Of a stretch of DNA of 64,000 bases, positions 20,885 to 30,661 are shown piece after piece (the stretch's first letter is position 1; each line of letters opens with the position of its first letter). Source of the DNA: Desulfomonilia bacterium (lineage in GTDB: Bacteria; Desulfobacterota; Desulfomonilia; UBA1062). The notes under the pieces were generated by a model. It was given only the letters and a program-made list of their open reading frames with translations. It was not told the DNA's origin and made no database searches. The stretch lies in NCBI GenBank assembly GCA_050014195.1, contig JBEKDT010000001.1, forward strand, positions 416,001-480,000, read 5' to 3'. Position numbers and translations under genes: made by a program.

Positions 20885-23800
20885 GCACTCTTCCCCTTCA
20901 GATAATTAATCATGGGCTGAGTGACCAGCGGCACCACCTCTCCTATCATGTGGGGCATGAGGTTGGCAACGACCTTTGGCATGAGCTCAGGCATCTGCTC
21001 GCGCATGTAGTCGGGCATGGGGATGCGCTCGGAGACCTTCTTGAGCATAGTAGGCATGACCTTGGGCATCATCATGGGCAGCAGCCTCGGGAACAGGACC
21101 GGGAACATGGGCTTCATGAGGTCGAGCGCACCCGGAATTTTGCCCATAATGCGCATCATGGGCCCCATGCCGAACGGCATGGCAGAGATGAGCTCGGACC
21201 ACATGGTACCCATGAGGTCGGCGAACCCCTGCGGTGTCATGAGTGCTATCATGGCCTCGAACACGGCCCACTGCTTCTGCACTTCGGGATTGGGATCAGG
21301 GAAATCATACCCCAGGGCGGAAGAGGCGAATCGCGCCAAGTCCACTATTTCGAGCGGCATCTTCTTTTTTTCCGCAGTGACCCGGAACTGGAACTCGCAG
21401 CACGGGCACAGGGCCAGGACCTTCTGGGCTCCGGCATCCAATGCCTCGTTCAGACGCGTCTCCCCGATATCGGCGGCTACCAGGGGCTCCTTGAGGAGGT
21501 TGAGCACGCTCCCGCAGCAGTGCGCCTCGGCATGATGATAATCCATCTCCACGAATTTCACATGGGGGATCGCCTTGATGAGGTCCCGTGGCTCTTCATA
21601 AACACCCGATACACGGCCCATGTGGCACGAGTCATGCCAGGTTACCGTAACCTCTTCCTGCCCCGTATCCGGGAAGGTGAACTCGCCCGATCTGATCTTT
21701 TCCGAGAGGATCTCGCTGTAGTGGCGTGCCGTTATGTCATAATCGATACCCAGCTTTTTAGCCCATGTCGGGTAGACATGTCGCCACATCATATTGCATG
21801 CAGGGCAGGATGTAATAACGGTGTCACTGCCGGCTTCTTTGACAGCCTTAATGTTCCTCCTCATGATCGCTTCAAACACATCCCACTTGCCGGCAACCAG
21901 CATGGGCGTGCCGCAGCAGTTTTCCTTGTTGCCAACATAGGTGAAATCCACCCCTGCCTTATCCAGCAGCCGCACACTCGCCATGCCGATGTCCTCTTCC
22001 ACATAGCTCGCGGTACACCCTGCGAAATAGACGTTCTTGGCCTTTGTGCCGGGGCCGTGCTTCTCCTTGAGGTCTTCTGGGAACCACTTGGCTCGGTCCT
22101 TACGGTAGCCGGCCCATATGTTGCCTTCCTTCATGGCTGCCGCCGACATGATCTCAAAGGGAGGGAAGGTCATCTTCTTTTCCTCATCTACGAGCTTGCC
22201 CCTGAGCTTCATCCAGGAAGGCTCTATGGGAAGCGCTGCAGAGCAACGGAAATTGCAGAGCTCGCAGGTGGTGCAGACCAGTATGGTGTCCACCATCTTC
22301 TGGTTCCACTCCTGCTTGCCTTTCATATACTCCCGCAACCAGTACCACTTGCCCCTTGGGCTCTGGCTCTCCCATCCGCGGCCGTAGAACTGATCACACT
22401 CATCCACACAGTAGCCGCACTGGGAGCAGCTGTAGGCATACCAGGCCACATCAGGCGGGATATCCCGAACATCTTTTTCAGGCCTCTCCCCCACTTCCGT
22501 GATAATGGCATAACTGAAAGGCCTGATGAGCGGCTCGAATATGCTCCCCAGTCTGACGGCAGTCCCGATGAGTCCTCCTCCGAGCACCTTGCCGGGGTTC
22601 AGTATCCCCTTGGGGTCGACCTTCTTTTTGAATGACTTCATCCGGGCAAGGCGGTCTTTTCCGAGGACCGCCTTTGCCTTGTTCTTGAAATAGAGCCCTG
22701 TGGCATACGCTCGTCCGCCATATTTTTCAGCAATCTTCATGACCGTGAGCGACAGAGGGAAGACGAAGTTGTAGCTGAACTTCCGCTCATCGCTCGGGAT
22801 GAATCCGAGGATGACCACCTCGGGCTTGCCGGATGCCGATTTCCTGATGACCACCCCCTCCTTGACCACGGGCTGCTGGATGGTGCTCTCCACCTTCTTC
22901 ATGAAGTCGCCGAAGGAAGACAGCGGGATGACCACTTCGGCGGGTACAAGACTTGGACCCAAGCGCTTCACCACCATGAGCTTGAATCGGTGCTTCCATT
23001 CATGGTACGCAATTTTATCACTCAGGATCTCTGCCTCGCACAGTTTGATGATCTTGCCGAGGCCGCTCATAACCTGCCCTGCGTCCTTCTTACGGAAGGT
23101 GAGCGTGATGATGTAGGATGCAGGCAGGAGCACCCGCTCCTCTGCCGGGTGGCCCCAGTGCTCCATCATAGGTGCCTGGTTCTTCATCTCCGCCATCTTC
23201 GGGTTGATGAACACGATGGACCATATGGGCAGGCCTTCGGATATCATTGCCTCCATGAGCTTCTGGAGGTCATGGGGGTTCGGACAGCCGATGGAGACCA
23301 GATCCATGGGCTCATCAAGCTGTACCTTAATGGTGATCTCGCCGATCAGCCCGGTTATGCCTTCCGCATCACTGATCATATCGAGATCTTTCCCCTCGAA
23401 CACGCTGACCGTACCATCGGGAAGCACGACGCGGGCACTCAGCACGATGTCCCTGAACCAGCCGGCTTCAAACGAACCGAAGCCTGCACCTCCCTGGGCA
23501 AGCCAGCCTCCTGCTGTTGAGCTCGGGTAGCTGGAAGGATAGGTAAGCAGCGTGAGGCCTTTCTTCTTCAGCTCGCGGTCAAGCCCTTCCCAAACAATAC
23601 CAGGCTGGACAGTGGCTGTAAGCTTATCTTTATCGATAGAAAGCACCTTCTTCATGCGGTAGAAATCCACCACGATGCCGTTCTCAACGGGCAAAACTCC
23701 GCCGTAGCCCGAAGAAGCCTTGCCCCTCGGGGTGAGCGGGATATGGTTTTTGGCGGCCCACATCACCAGTTCTTTCAGCTCCTCTTCGCTCTGGGGCTGC

Positions 23801-23967
23801 ACCACGGCATCGGGGGTGGTATCGCCGATCAAGGGCTTGATAAGGCTCGGCATGGCGGCTATGTCATGCCCATAGAGCATTCGCTCCACGTCATCAAAGG
23901 TCACACGGTCCTTGAATTTTTCCTTGAGATATTCTTTATGGGCTTTGCTGAGATTCGACATGCTCAT
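20881..23967 (-). CDS. FAD-binding (GlcD-like) + 4Fe-4S + CCG-domain oxidoreductase with Met/Pro-rich tail
   Basis: PRGKASSGYGG FAD motif, DPKGILNPGK, CSQCGYCVDEC, CTTCELCNFRC, ENCCG, HDSCH, HCCG. Confidence 0.9.
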   Translation of the reverse strand: MSMSNLSKAHKEYLKEKFKDRVTFDDVERMLYGHDIAAMPSLIKPLIGDTTPDAVVQPQSEEELKELVMWAAKNHIPLTPRGKASSGYGGVLPVENGIVVDFYRMKKVLSIDKDKLTATVQPGIVWEGLDRELKKKGLTLLTYPSSYPSSTAGGWLAQGGAGFGSFEAGWFRDIVLSARVVLPDGTVSVFEGKDLDMISDAEGITGLIGEITIKVQLDEPMDLVSIGCPNPHDLQKLMEAMISEGLPIWSIVFINPKMAEMKNQAPMMEHWGHPAEERVLLPASYIITLTFRKKDAGQVMSGLGKIIKLCEAEILSDKIAYHEWKHRFKLMVVKRLGPSLVPAEVVIPLSSFGDFMKKVESTIQQPVVKEGVVIRKSASGKPEVVILGFIPSDERKFSYNFVFPLSLTVMKIAEKYGGRAYATGLYFKNKAKAVLGKDRLARMKSFKKKVDPKGILNPGKVLGGGLIGTAVRLGSIFEPLIRPFSYAIITEVGERPEKDVRDIPPDVAWYAYSCSQCGYCVDECDQFYGRGWESQSPRGKWYWLREYMKGKQEWNQKMVDTILVCTTCELCNFRCSAALPIEPSWMKLRGKLVDEEKKMTFPPFEIMSAAAMKEGNIWAGYRKDRAKWFPEDLKEKHGPGTKAKNVYFAGCTASYVEEDIGMASVRLLDKAGVDFTYVGNKENCCGTPMLVAGKWDVFEAIMRRNIKAVKEAGSDTVITSCPACNMMWRHVYPTWAKKLGIDYDITARHYSEILSEKIRSGEFTFPDTGQEEVTVTWHDSCHMGRVSGVYEEPRDLIKAIPHVKFVEMDYHHAEAHCCGSVLNLLKEPLVAADIGETRLNEALDAGAQKVLALCPCCEFQFRVTAEKKKMPLEIVDLARFASSALGYDFPDPNPEVQKQWAVFEAMIALMTPQGFADLMGTMWSELISAMPFGMGPMMRIMGKIPGALDLMKPMFPVLFPRLLPMMMPKVMPTMLKKVSERIPMPDYMREQMPELMPKVVANLMPHMIGEVVPLVTQPMINYLKGKSA

Positions 23968-24013
23968 GCCTCCTGTGTGCTATCCCGCTGAGTTAATCGG
24001 AGCTGTTCCTGCA

Positions 24014-25303
24014 TTAAAAATACCATGTGAGTCCGAAGTCAAGGCTGTCCTCGCTCAGCGTGGACTTGAGGGAGACTGCCTGTCCGAACGGGTCGGTGCC
24101 GGACTCAGAGATGGTCTTCTCGAAGGCATGCATGTAGCCAAGGTTCATGGAGAACTGCTTGGTGAAATTGTATCCAACACCGCAGGTCACATGCTTTTCA
24201 GCAACGGCCGGGAAACCGATGATCCGGAAGGTCTCATAGTAATAGGCAGGGAATATGGTTCCCTGGACATTGACAGCGCTGTTGGGCATGCCGGTTGATG
24301 GATTGAAGCTCCCATTAAATCCGTTGTGCTCCTCAACAGGGTTTTTCGCATAGTTGAATCCGGCCCTGACAGTGAATTTCTTGATCGGCTCCGCCTTCAG
24401 CCCGATGGCATAGACCAACTGATTTTTCCAGTCAAAATCTTTATAGCCGGCGGCATTCGCCCAGTTCAGCCATTTGACATCTGTCTCCACAAGAAGATTC
24501 ATTGCAGAGGGGATCTCATATGAAGCACCGACCCCAAGCTGAGTGGGTGACTCCAGCTTCAATCTATTCAGGTTGGGCAGGTTGATGTTGTCATGGATTG
24601 TCTCCTGGGGAGAAGTATAGCTCAATCCCAGGTTGATTGAATCCGTGGGCATGAAGATAAGACCCAACTGGCCCCCGGCGGAATAGGCCGGTGAAGTGCC
24701 GTTCCTCAGATCGAGCATTGCATAGTCGATGTGAACTGCCATACCAAGGGAGAGTTTGTCCGTGAGAAGCACACTTAAAGCCGGTGCGAACTTCATGACC
24801 TGCAGTGAGGTATAATCTCCCTGGATGAGAGGTGCGGTTTTCCCTCCCCCGAAATTATAATATGAAGAATTATCAAGTGCCCCACCACGATAATCTACGC
24901 CGAGACCCGTCACGCCATACGCTGCAATCCCGAACCTCCACACAGGAAGCTTATCCGTGATAGGCACGGACAGGCCTATGGCAGGAATGGCATAGACAGA
25001 ACTCGCAGATGAGTCCTCTGCAACTGACCCTGCATGTACGACCTCTGCCTTCACATGGGGCATGAAGAGCGTACCTGCAAAATCAAAGGATGATGACGGG
25101 CAGTACGGGCCGACGCACATGGCGGCAGGGTTGGCGAACACGGCACTGATCGCATCCTGCGGGGCGGCAATGCCTGTCCCTCCCATTGCACGGGCATTGG
25201 GTCCGATGCCGATCAGGTTATCGCCGTTCGTGGCAAAGGCTCCTGAACCAAACGCCATAATGACCAGCAATATGATCGCCGAACTTATTGAACTTCTTTT
25301 CAT
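24014..25303 (-). CDS. FadL/OmpP1 family outer-membrane transporter
   Basis: signal peptide, ATNG...ARAMGG, NPAAM motif, C-terminal aromatic YF. Confidence 0.88.
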   Translation of the reverse strand: MKRSSISSAIILLVIMAFGSGAFATNGDNLIGIGPNARAMGGTGIAAPQDAISAVFANPAAMCVGPYCPSSSFDFAGTLFMPHVKAEVVHAGSVAEDSSASSVYAIPAIGLSVPITDKLPVWRFGIAAYGVTGLGVDYRGGALDNSSYYNFGGGKTAPLIQGDYTSLQVMKFAPALSVLLTDKLSLGMAVHIDYAMLDLRNGTSPAYSAGGQLGLIFMPTDSINLGLSYTSPQETIHDNINLPNLNRLKLESPTQLGVGASYEIPSAMNLLVETDVKWLNWANAAGYKDFDWKNQLVYAIGLKAEPIKKFTVRAGFNYAKNPVEEHNGFNGSFNPSTGMPNSAVNVQGTIFPAYYYETFRIIGFPAVAEKHVTCGVGYNFTKQFSMNLGYMHAFEKTISESGTDPFGQAVSLKSTLSEDSLDFGLTWYF

Positions 25304-25386
25304 AACTTCCTCCTTGTGTTTCTTAAGATATCGATACCTGGCTCATGCAGTGGGTACTCTGGATAAGAATCTCCTTTTACATGGTG

Positions 25387-25722
25387 TTACTTTAAGTTTC
25401 TGTCTATAAAAGCAGCGAGTTTGGCCTTGGGGAGTGAACCAATCTGCGTCCCCCGGACCAGTCCTCCTTTTATGAACAATAATGTGGGTATGCTCCGGAC
25501 TCCGTATTTTCTCGATGTCTCAGGACTCTCATCAACATTCACCTTCACCATATTCACCCGTCCGTCATATTCCTTGGCTATGTCTTCCAGAACCGGTCCG
25601 ATAGCCCGGCAGGGTCCGCACCATGGTGCCCAGAAATCCACCAGGGCAGGGCTTTCAGACTTTATAACAATGGCATCAAACGTGTTATCATCGGCATGGG
25701 TTACATATTGCTTGCTCTCCAT
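25387..25722 (-). CDS. trxA: thioredoxin
   Basis: DFWAPWCGPC, SIPTL. Confidence 0.93.
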   Translation of the reverse strand: MESKQYVTHADDNTFDAIVIKSESPALVDFWAPWCGPCRAIGPVLEDIAKEYDGRVNMVKVNVDESPETSRKYGVRSIPTLLFIKGGLVRGTQIGSLPKAKLAAFIDRNLK

Positions 25723-25829
25723 TCTTCGCTCCTTAAAAGTGTTGATTTCTTTTGCACCGGGATTCTTGCTTATGATAACAAGGTCTCATCCCGTGAGGTT
25801 AAGCATAAACCAGCTCAGTGGCGCGGTCA

Positions 25830-25843
25830 TTGATCTAGATCAA
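25830..25843. promoter_or_regulatory. perfect FNR-type box
   Basis: TTGAT-CTAG-ATCAA between divergent thioredoxin operon and Crp/Fnr gene. Confidence 0.8.
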
Positions 25844-25858
25844 CGGAAATAGAAATTT

Positions 25859-26539
25859 ATGGATATACTGAAACAGATTCAGGACATCCCTCTCTTCCAG
25901 GGGCTCTCCAATGATGTATTGGAGGCCCTTTCCCTGCGTGTCCTGATCGGGACGTACCAGCCGGGAGAGGTGATTGTTGCCGAGACGGACCTGGTCAAGC
26001 AGTTCTTTGTCGTTATTACGGGGCAGGTGAAACTTTCCAAGAGCTCGATAGAGGGCAAGGAACAGACCCTGTACCTTTTAGGACAAGGGGAACCTTTCGG
26101 CCTGTGCACCGCCTTTGCCACCCATGACTTTCCCGCCGAGGCCCTGGCGCTCAAAAAGTCCGATATCCTCACCATTCCCGGAGCAGCCGTGGAGGAGATC
26201 GTCATGAAAGAGCCGGCACTCCTCCTGAACATCCTGAAGGTGCTATCCAACAGGCTCAAGGAATCCATGAGCCTCATCGAGTCCCTGGCGCTCAAGGAGA
26301 TCCCCCAGCGCCTGGCCTCATTCATCATCCTCACCCAGCTAAGGGAAAATAAGGACAAAGGCGGCCGGATCGAGTTGTCAATTACCCATCGCGAGCTGTC
26401 GAAGATACTCGGGTCAACACCCGAGGCCCTCTCCCGTGCGTTGAGAAAAATGCAGAACGATGGAGTATTGGAAGTTCAGGGAAGGGTAATCACTATCCTG
26501 AACCACAAGGCCCTGGAGGAACTCTCGGAAGGTGAGTAG
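25859..26539 (+). CDS. Crp/Fnr family transcriptional regulator
   Basis: cNMP-like domain (GKEQTL...GEPFG), HTH with EALSR; lacks FNR N-terminal Cys cluster. Confidence 0.92.
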   Translation: MDILKQIQDIPLFQGLSNDVLEALSLRVLIGTYQPGEVIVAETDLVKQFFVVITGQVKLSKSSIEGKEQTLYLLGQGEPFGLCTAFATHDFPAEALALKKSDILTIPGAAVEEIVMKEPALLLNILKVLSNRLKESMSLIESLALKEIPQRLASFIILTQLRENKDKGGRIELSITHRELSKILGSTPEALSRALRKMQNDGVLEVQGRVITILNHKALEELSEGE

Positions 26540-26773
26540 GACCGGGTAGTACTCTTGATCACAATCCTTGAACTCTATGGTATTGAGTGCGCAGTACCAT
26601 GCCATGATACCTTCTGCTCTTGAATGATCACAGGGTAATAATCACCCAGATGAGTAACATTATTTTTTCGTTGTGGTCTTATAGAACCGATCCAGAAGAG
26701 GTCCGGGTGCTTTGTCCCAGGTGGATGCATCCTAGTCAAAATCCCGCCTTGGGTTTGTCATGGGCTCACTCCT

Positions 26774-28099
26774 TTATTTCCGAGGTGCAACTCTTCGGTA
26801 GTTCATATTTGACATCAGTGCAAACATCATCGAGGTGAAACTCCGCGTATTCTTCAAGGTAGAAACGGCTTTGCGAAGCAACACCGGCCAGGCGTAAATC
26901 TGCCGGTGGATCTCGATCATTTTTTGGGAAAGCTGCTCAGGCTCCATGCTGCCGGGACGATGGATCACCTCGGTCATGTCATAATGATTCCAATCTATGG
27001 GGAAGTTAGTATAGAGCAACCGATTCTCTTTATAATACCTGTCGAAAACCCGAGTGCCGGCAAGCGGCGTAAGAAATGTGGTTTGCATCACATCTATTTG
27101 ACTTCGGATCATAAAGTCGGCACGTTGCTGCAGTTTATCAGCCGTATCACCATCCATTCCGAAGATGAAGGCCCCTAAAACAGCAATCCCTGCCTTGTTG
27201 ATGCGACGGAATGCCTGGGAGTAGTAATCTACTCCCCGCTTGATATTGAGTTGTTTGTGAACCTCTTCCAAGGCACCCTCATCCTCTGCTTCAAGCCCAA
27301 GGAAGACCATCCTGCAACCGGCACGCCTCGCCCAGAAAAGCACTTCCTCATCATCCCCGAAGTTAAGCGAGGCCTGGCAGAACCACCATTTGTTCAACTT
27401 ACGCTCCACCATACCCTTGAAGATCGCCAATGCCTGATCCCGTGACTCTTTGCCGTACCCGATGATATTGTCATCCACAAAGAATATCCTTTTCTCAGGG
27501 ATAGTCTCCAGTTCAGCCAGTACTTCCCCGGGGGGACGCCGCCGGTATCGCTTCCCATTAAAGGCTGTAACCGAGCAGAATTCGCAGTCCATGGGACAAC
27601 CCCGCGAGGTCTGCACGGAGGCGAACATATAGCGTGGATGAAATAAGTCACGTCGCGGGTTCGGTGCACCTGACAGGTCGGTCCATCCTCCCTTGTATAT
27701 CTTTTGCAGATGTCCTGCCTCAACATCCGATATTACGTGCAGCCAGACGGCCTCTGCTTCGCCTATGACAACAGCATCAACATATTGAAGGGCTTCTTCC
27801 GGTCGGATTGACGCATGAATCCCGCCTATGACCACAGGTACCCTCCGCTGTCGATAGATCGAGGCAATTTCATATGCCCGATTGGCAGAAGCGGTAAAGG
27901 CTGTGATGCCCACTAAATCCGCATCTTGATATGAGAAAGACTCCCAGTTCTCATCAAGCAGCTTTACCTTCCAGGAAGATGGTGTGACTGCTGCGACAAT
28001 TCCCAAGCCGATAGGGGGAAACCGGGAAGACCTGTTGACCGTGAGACCAACACGCGCAGGGTTCACAGGGTTGATCAGGACCAGTCTTGGGCGCTTCAT
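26774..28099 (-). CDS. B12-binding domain radical SAM protein
   Basis: VIGGIHAS, GEAE, SRGCPMDCEFC, FVDDN. Confidence 0.92.
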   Translation of the reverse strand: MKRPRLVLINPVNPARVGLTVNRSSRFPPIGLGIVAAVTPSSWKVKLLDENWESFSYQDADLVGITAFTASANRAYEIASIYRQRRVPVVIGGIHASIRPEEALQYVDAVVIGEAEAVWLHVISDVEAGHLQKIYKGGWTDLSGAPNPRRDLFHPRYMFASVQTSRGCPMDCEFCSVTAFNGKRYRRRPPGEVLAELETIPEKRIFFVDDNIIGYGKESRDQALAIFKGMVERKLNKWWFCQASLNFGDDEEVLFWARRAGCRMVFLGLEAEDEGALEEVHKQLNIKRGVDYYSQAFRRINKAGIAVLGAFIFGMDGDTADKLQQRADFMIRSQIDVMQTTFLTPLAGTRVFDRYYKENRLLYTNFPIDWNHYDMTEVIHRPGSMEPEQLSQKMIEIHRQIYAWPVLLRKAVSTLKNTRSFTSMMFALMSNMNYRRVAPRK

Positions 28100-28195
28100 G
28101 TTATAGACAATTCCTTGTTATGGTCGGTTATTACGTCCCGACCTCATTTAAAAATAAAATGAACAGCAGCATTATAATGTTGTAATACCCAACCA

Positions 28196-28211
28196 TTGTA
28201 TTATAATACAA
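28196..28211. promoter_or_regulatory. 16-bp palindrome, candidate MarR operator
   Basis: TTGTATTATAATACAA perfect palindrome in divergent intergenic region. Confidence 0.5.
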
Positions 28212-28251
28212 ATAGAGAATGCAACTATTATTGTGAAAGGAAGAAACTATA

Positions 28252-28701
28252 ATGCCTCTTACAGATAAGGAATCCCTGCAATTGAATCAGGCATTGTTCA
28301 GCATGTCACACGCCTACCATTTGCGTACTGCAAAATATGAAAAAAAGAATCCGACCGGTCTTGCCTTTTCTGATCGGGCGGTGCTCATGGTTTTGGGCCA
28401 GCTGGCGCCGATCAACTCCCGCCAATTATCGAACTTGATGACCATCAATCCCGGCACGATTTCTCAGTATGTCCATAGCCTTGTCAAGAAAGGGCTGGTC
28501 GAAAAAAAACAAGATGAAAATGACCGGCGTAAATGGTGGTTGAGTCTTACGAAAAAAGGGCAGGCCATCTATCAGGAAACAGTCTCAAAAGCGATTGTAT
28601 ACACTAGAGATTTCATATCCTCACTGAGTGAAAAGGAACAAAAGACACTCCATCAATTGCTTTTAAAAGCGTCCCACGCCCTGGGATACGAGTGGCAATA
28701 G
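28252..28701 (+). CDS. MarR family transcriptional regulator
   Basis: LVKKGLV...DRR...LT..G winged-helix pattern. Confidence 0.9.
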   Translation: MPLTDKESLQLNQALFSMSHAYHLRTAKYEKKNPTGLAFSDRAVLMVLGQLAPINSRQLSNLMTINPGTISQYVHSLVKKGLVEKKQDENDRRKWWLSLTKKGQAIYQETVSKAIVYTRDFISSLSEKEQKTLHQLLLKASHALGYEWQ

Positions 28702-29879
28702 AAATGCGGATTTTGTGGGCAGTCAGCTCACTCGGCAAAGGTCACATCATGCGTGACATTGCAATAGTCAACCAACTTCAGAGGTTGACAGATGTAGAAG
28801 TTGACTGGCTTGTCCCTGATCCCGGCGGAGAATTCATGCGCAACAGGGGTTATACCGTCCTTGATCATTCAGGGCTCTTGTCCGGCAGCGGAAAGGTCTA
28901 TGCCCAGGTTTTTGATGGCAGTTCAAACGAGATCAACCTGATGAGGTATACAAAGGCCGATACGAGACTTCACAAGCATGATTTTTTTGTGAGTAAGAAG
29001 GCATGGGAAGATAAGGTATATAATGTAATCATCGGTGACGAGGCCTTCTGGCTCCTCACCGGATTTGCTTCAAGATGGGCAGCTAAGCCTGCCCCTTTTA
29101 TTTTCCTCACGGATTTTATCGGTGTAAAGTCAATGCAGCCCGACATGAATGATATTCTCTTTGCCTGGTATAACAATCTCAAGTTCACCATGAGTTTTTT
29201 AGGACCGGATATCTACATCTACATTGGATACGCAGAAGAAATCCCTGACGAGCCGATGGGTTTTCTGCTTCCGGGCAGGAGATCCTGGGCGCGGCGCCAC
29301 TGCCGTTTTGTAAGACCCATTGTCAGCTTTGATCCTGAGGCCCTCCCTAATAAATCAACGCTGCGCGAAAATCTCGGATTGCCGGTTCATAAAACATTGT
29401 TCATTGCAACAGTAGGCCCGGAAGGAGACGCTTATAAACGAACAACAGACATAGAGTCGGTTCTGGAGCTCTTGCGGTCTGATTACCCGGATGCCCATTT
29501 TGTTATGGTCAGCCCGGAGGCAGGTAGGAAAGACTGGATTCAATACCATGGATACCTTGATGAGCTGTATAAATACTTTGCAGCAGCGGATTTCGTTTTG
29601 ACCCAATCAGGATATGGGAAGGTTGCGGAGCTTGCTGCAACAGGAACGCCCTTCATCGCTGTTCCCCTGGATTTTCACTTTGAGCAGGAATACGTGATGG
29701 CTCACCGTTTGGACCACTACGGGGTGGGAAAGATAGTGACTCTTCGCAATAATTCCCCTGAAACGATTGCTGCAATGGCCCTTCAATTAATGGGTCAAGG
29801 TGGACGAAGGGTATCGGTAGACGACGGAACAGAGGTCGCCTGTATTATCCTGAAAGCAGGGAAGCACACAAGTGCATGA
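28692..29879 (+). CDS. GT-B glycosyltransferase (MurG/GT28-like)
   Basis: N-terminal GKGH, C-terminal AADFVLTQSGYG...E...GTPFIAVP...EQ. Confidence 0.8.
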   Translation: MAIEMRILWAVSSLGKGHIMRDIAIVNQLQRLTDVEVDWLVPDPGGEFMRNRGYTVLDHSGLLSGSGKVYAQVFDGSSNEINLMRYTKADTRLHKHDFFVSKKAWEDKVYNVIIGDEAFWLLTGFASRWAAKPAPFIFLTDFIGVKSMQPDMNDILFAWYNNLKFTMSFLGPDIYIYIGYAEEIPDEPMGFLLPGRRSWARRHCRFVRPIVSFDPEALPNKSTLRENLGLPVHKTLFIATVGPEGDAYKRTTDIESVLELLRSDYPDAHFVMVSPEAGRKDWIQYHGYLDELYKYFAAADFVLTQSGYGKVAELAATGTPFIAVPLDFHFEQEYVMAHRLDHYGVGKIVTLRNNSPETIAAMALQLMGQGGRRVSVDDGTEVACIILKAGKHTSA

Positions 29880-29960
29880 CAATACGTCAGTTCAACACAG
29901 AGAAATTCTAAAAACGCTTTGCTTGAGTAAAAGGATAAGGGGGTCGGTAATTCTGCTCGG

Positions 29961-30026
29961 CTAGGTCCAGGAGATAAATACCAGGATAGAGTATACCAGA
30001 ATGCTTATTGCAAATAACATTCTCAT
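29961..30026 (-). CDS. candidate 21-aa hydrophobic peptide (or decayed signal peptide)
   Basis: AAGGAG-6nt-ATG; MRMLFAISILVYSILVFISWT*. Confidence 0.3.
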   Translation of the reverse strand: MRMLFAISILVYSILVFISWT

Positions 30027-30137
30027 CAACTTCTCCTTCATGGATGGGCTTGTTACAAGTTGGTGCCCACATATACCTTTGTTTTTCAAGTTTCAAGAGG
30101 AATTATTATGGAAACAAACCGTGATTGATCTTTTCCC

Positions 30138-30560
30138 TTACACGAGCTCTTCGAGGATTTTTACTGCATCTTGCACATATTTAACGCACCGGACGGCAAA
30201 GATGGCCTTTTCCCGGGCCTCGGCCAGTTGCTCGGGTTTGCCCAGGTCGTACCCGATAAGCTCGGTGCAGTTGATGGAGCCGTGGAGCCTGGTGAACCGG
30301 TCAACGAACTCCCGCACGACCTCATAGGTCCCTTCCTTCATCTCGGGCCCGCCGCCGTGCTTCAGCCCGATAGCCATAAGAGCGCCTGTAACGGCACCGC
30401 AGGTGAGACCCAGGTGCGAGATGCCGCCGCCGAATGCACATGCAACCTTCGATGCCGTAAGCTGGTCCATGCCGAAGTCCCCGGCAAAGGCCATGAGCAC
30501 TGCCTGGGCGCAGGAGTGTTTGGTTGAGAACAATTGCATGGCATGTTCTGTCTTTGTCAT
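30138..30560 (-). CDS. C-GCAxxG-C-C family putative redox protein
   Basis: SCAQAV, TCGAVTG, INCTEL, RCVKYV. Confidence 0.88.
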   Translation of the reverse strand: MTKTEHAMQLFSTKHSCAQAVLMAFAGDFGMDQLTASKVACAFGGGISHLGLTCGAVTGALMAIGLKHGGGPEMKEGTYEVVREFVDRFTRLHGSINCTELIGYDLGKPEQLAEAREKAIFAVRCVKYVQDAVKILEELV

Positions 30561-30661
30561 AGTTACCTTTATACATTATTTTTAAGAAAAAGGAACGCCG
30601 CACTGTCATGAATGAGGTCGTAACAGCGCGGCGCGATATGCCTAGAGACGATGAGTGATCT

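Noticed and set aside
20950-22635. Long antisense ORFs (also 6948-7889, 9367-10236, 37064-38149, 61490-62554)
   Set aside because: Shadows of well-supported genes on the opposite strand, with no family motifs
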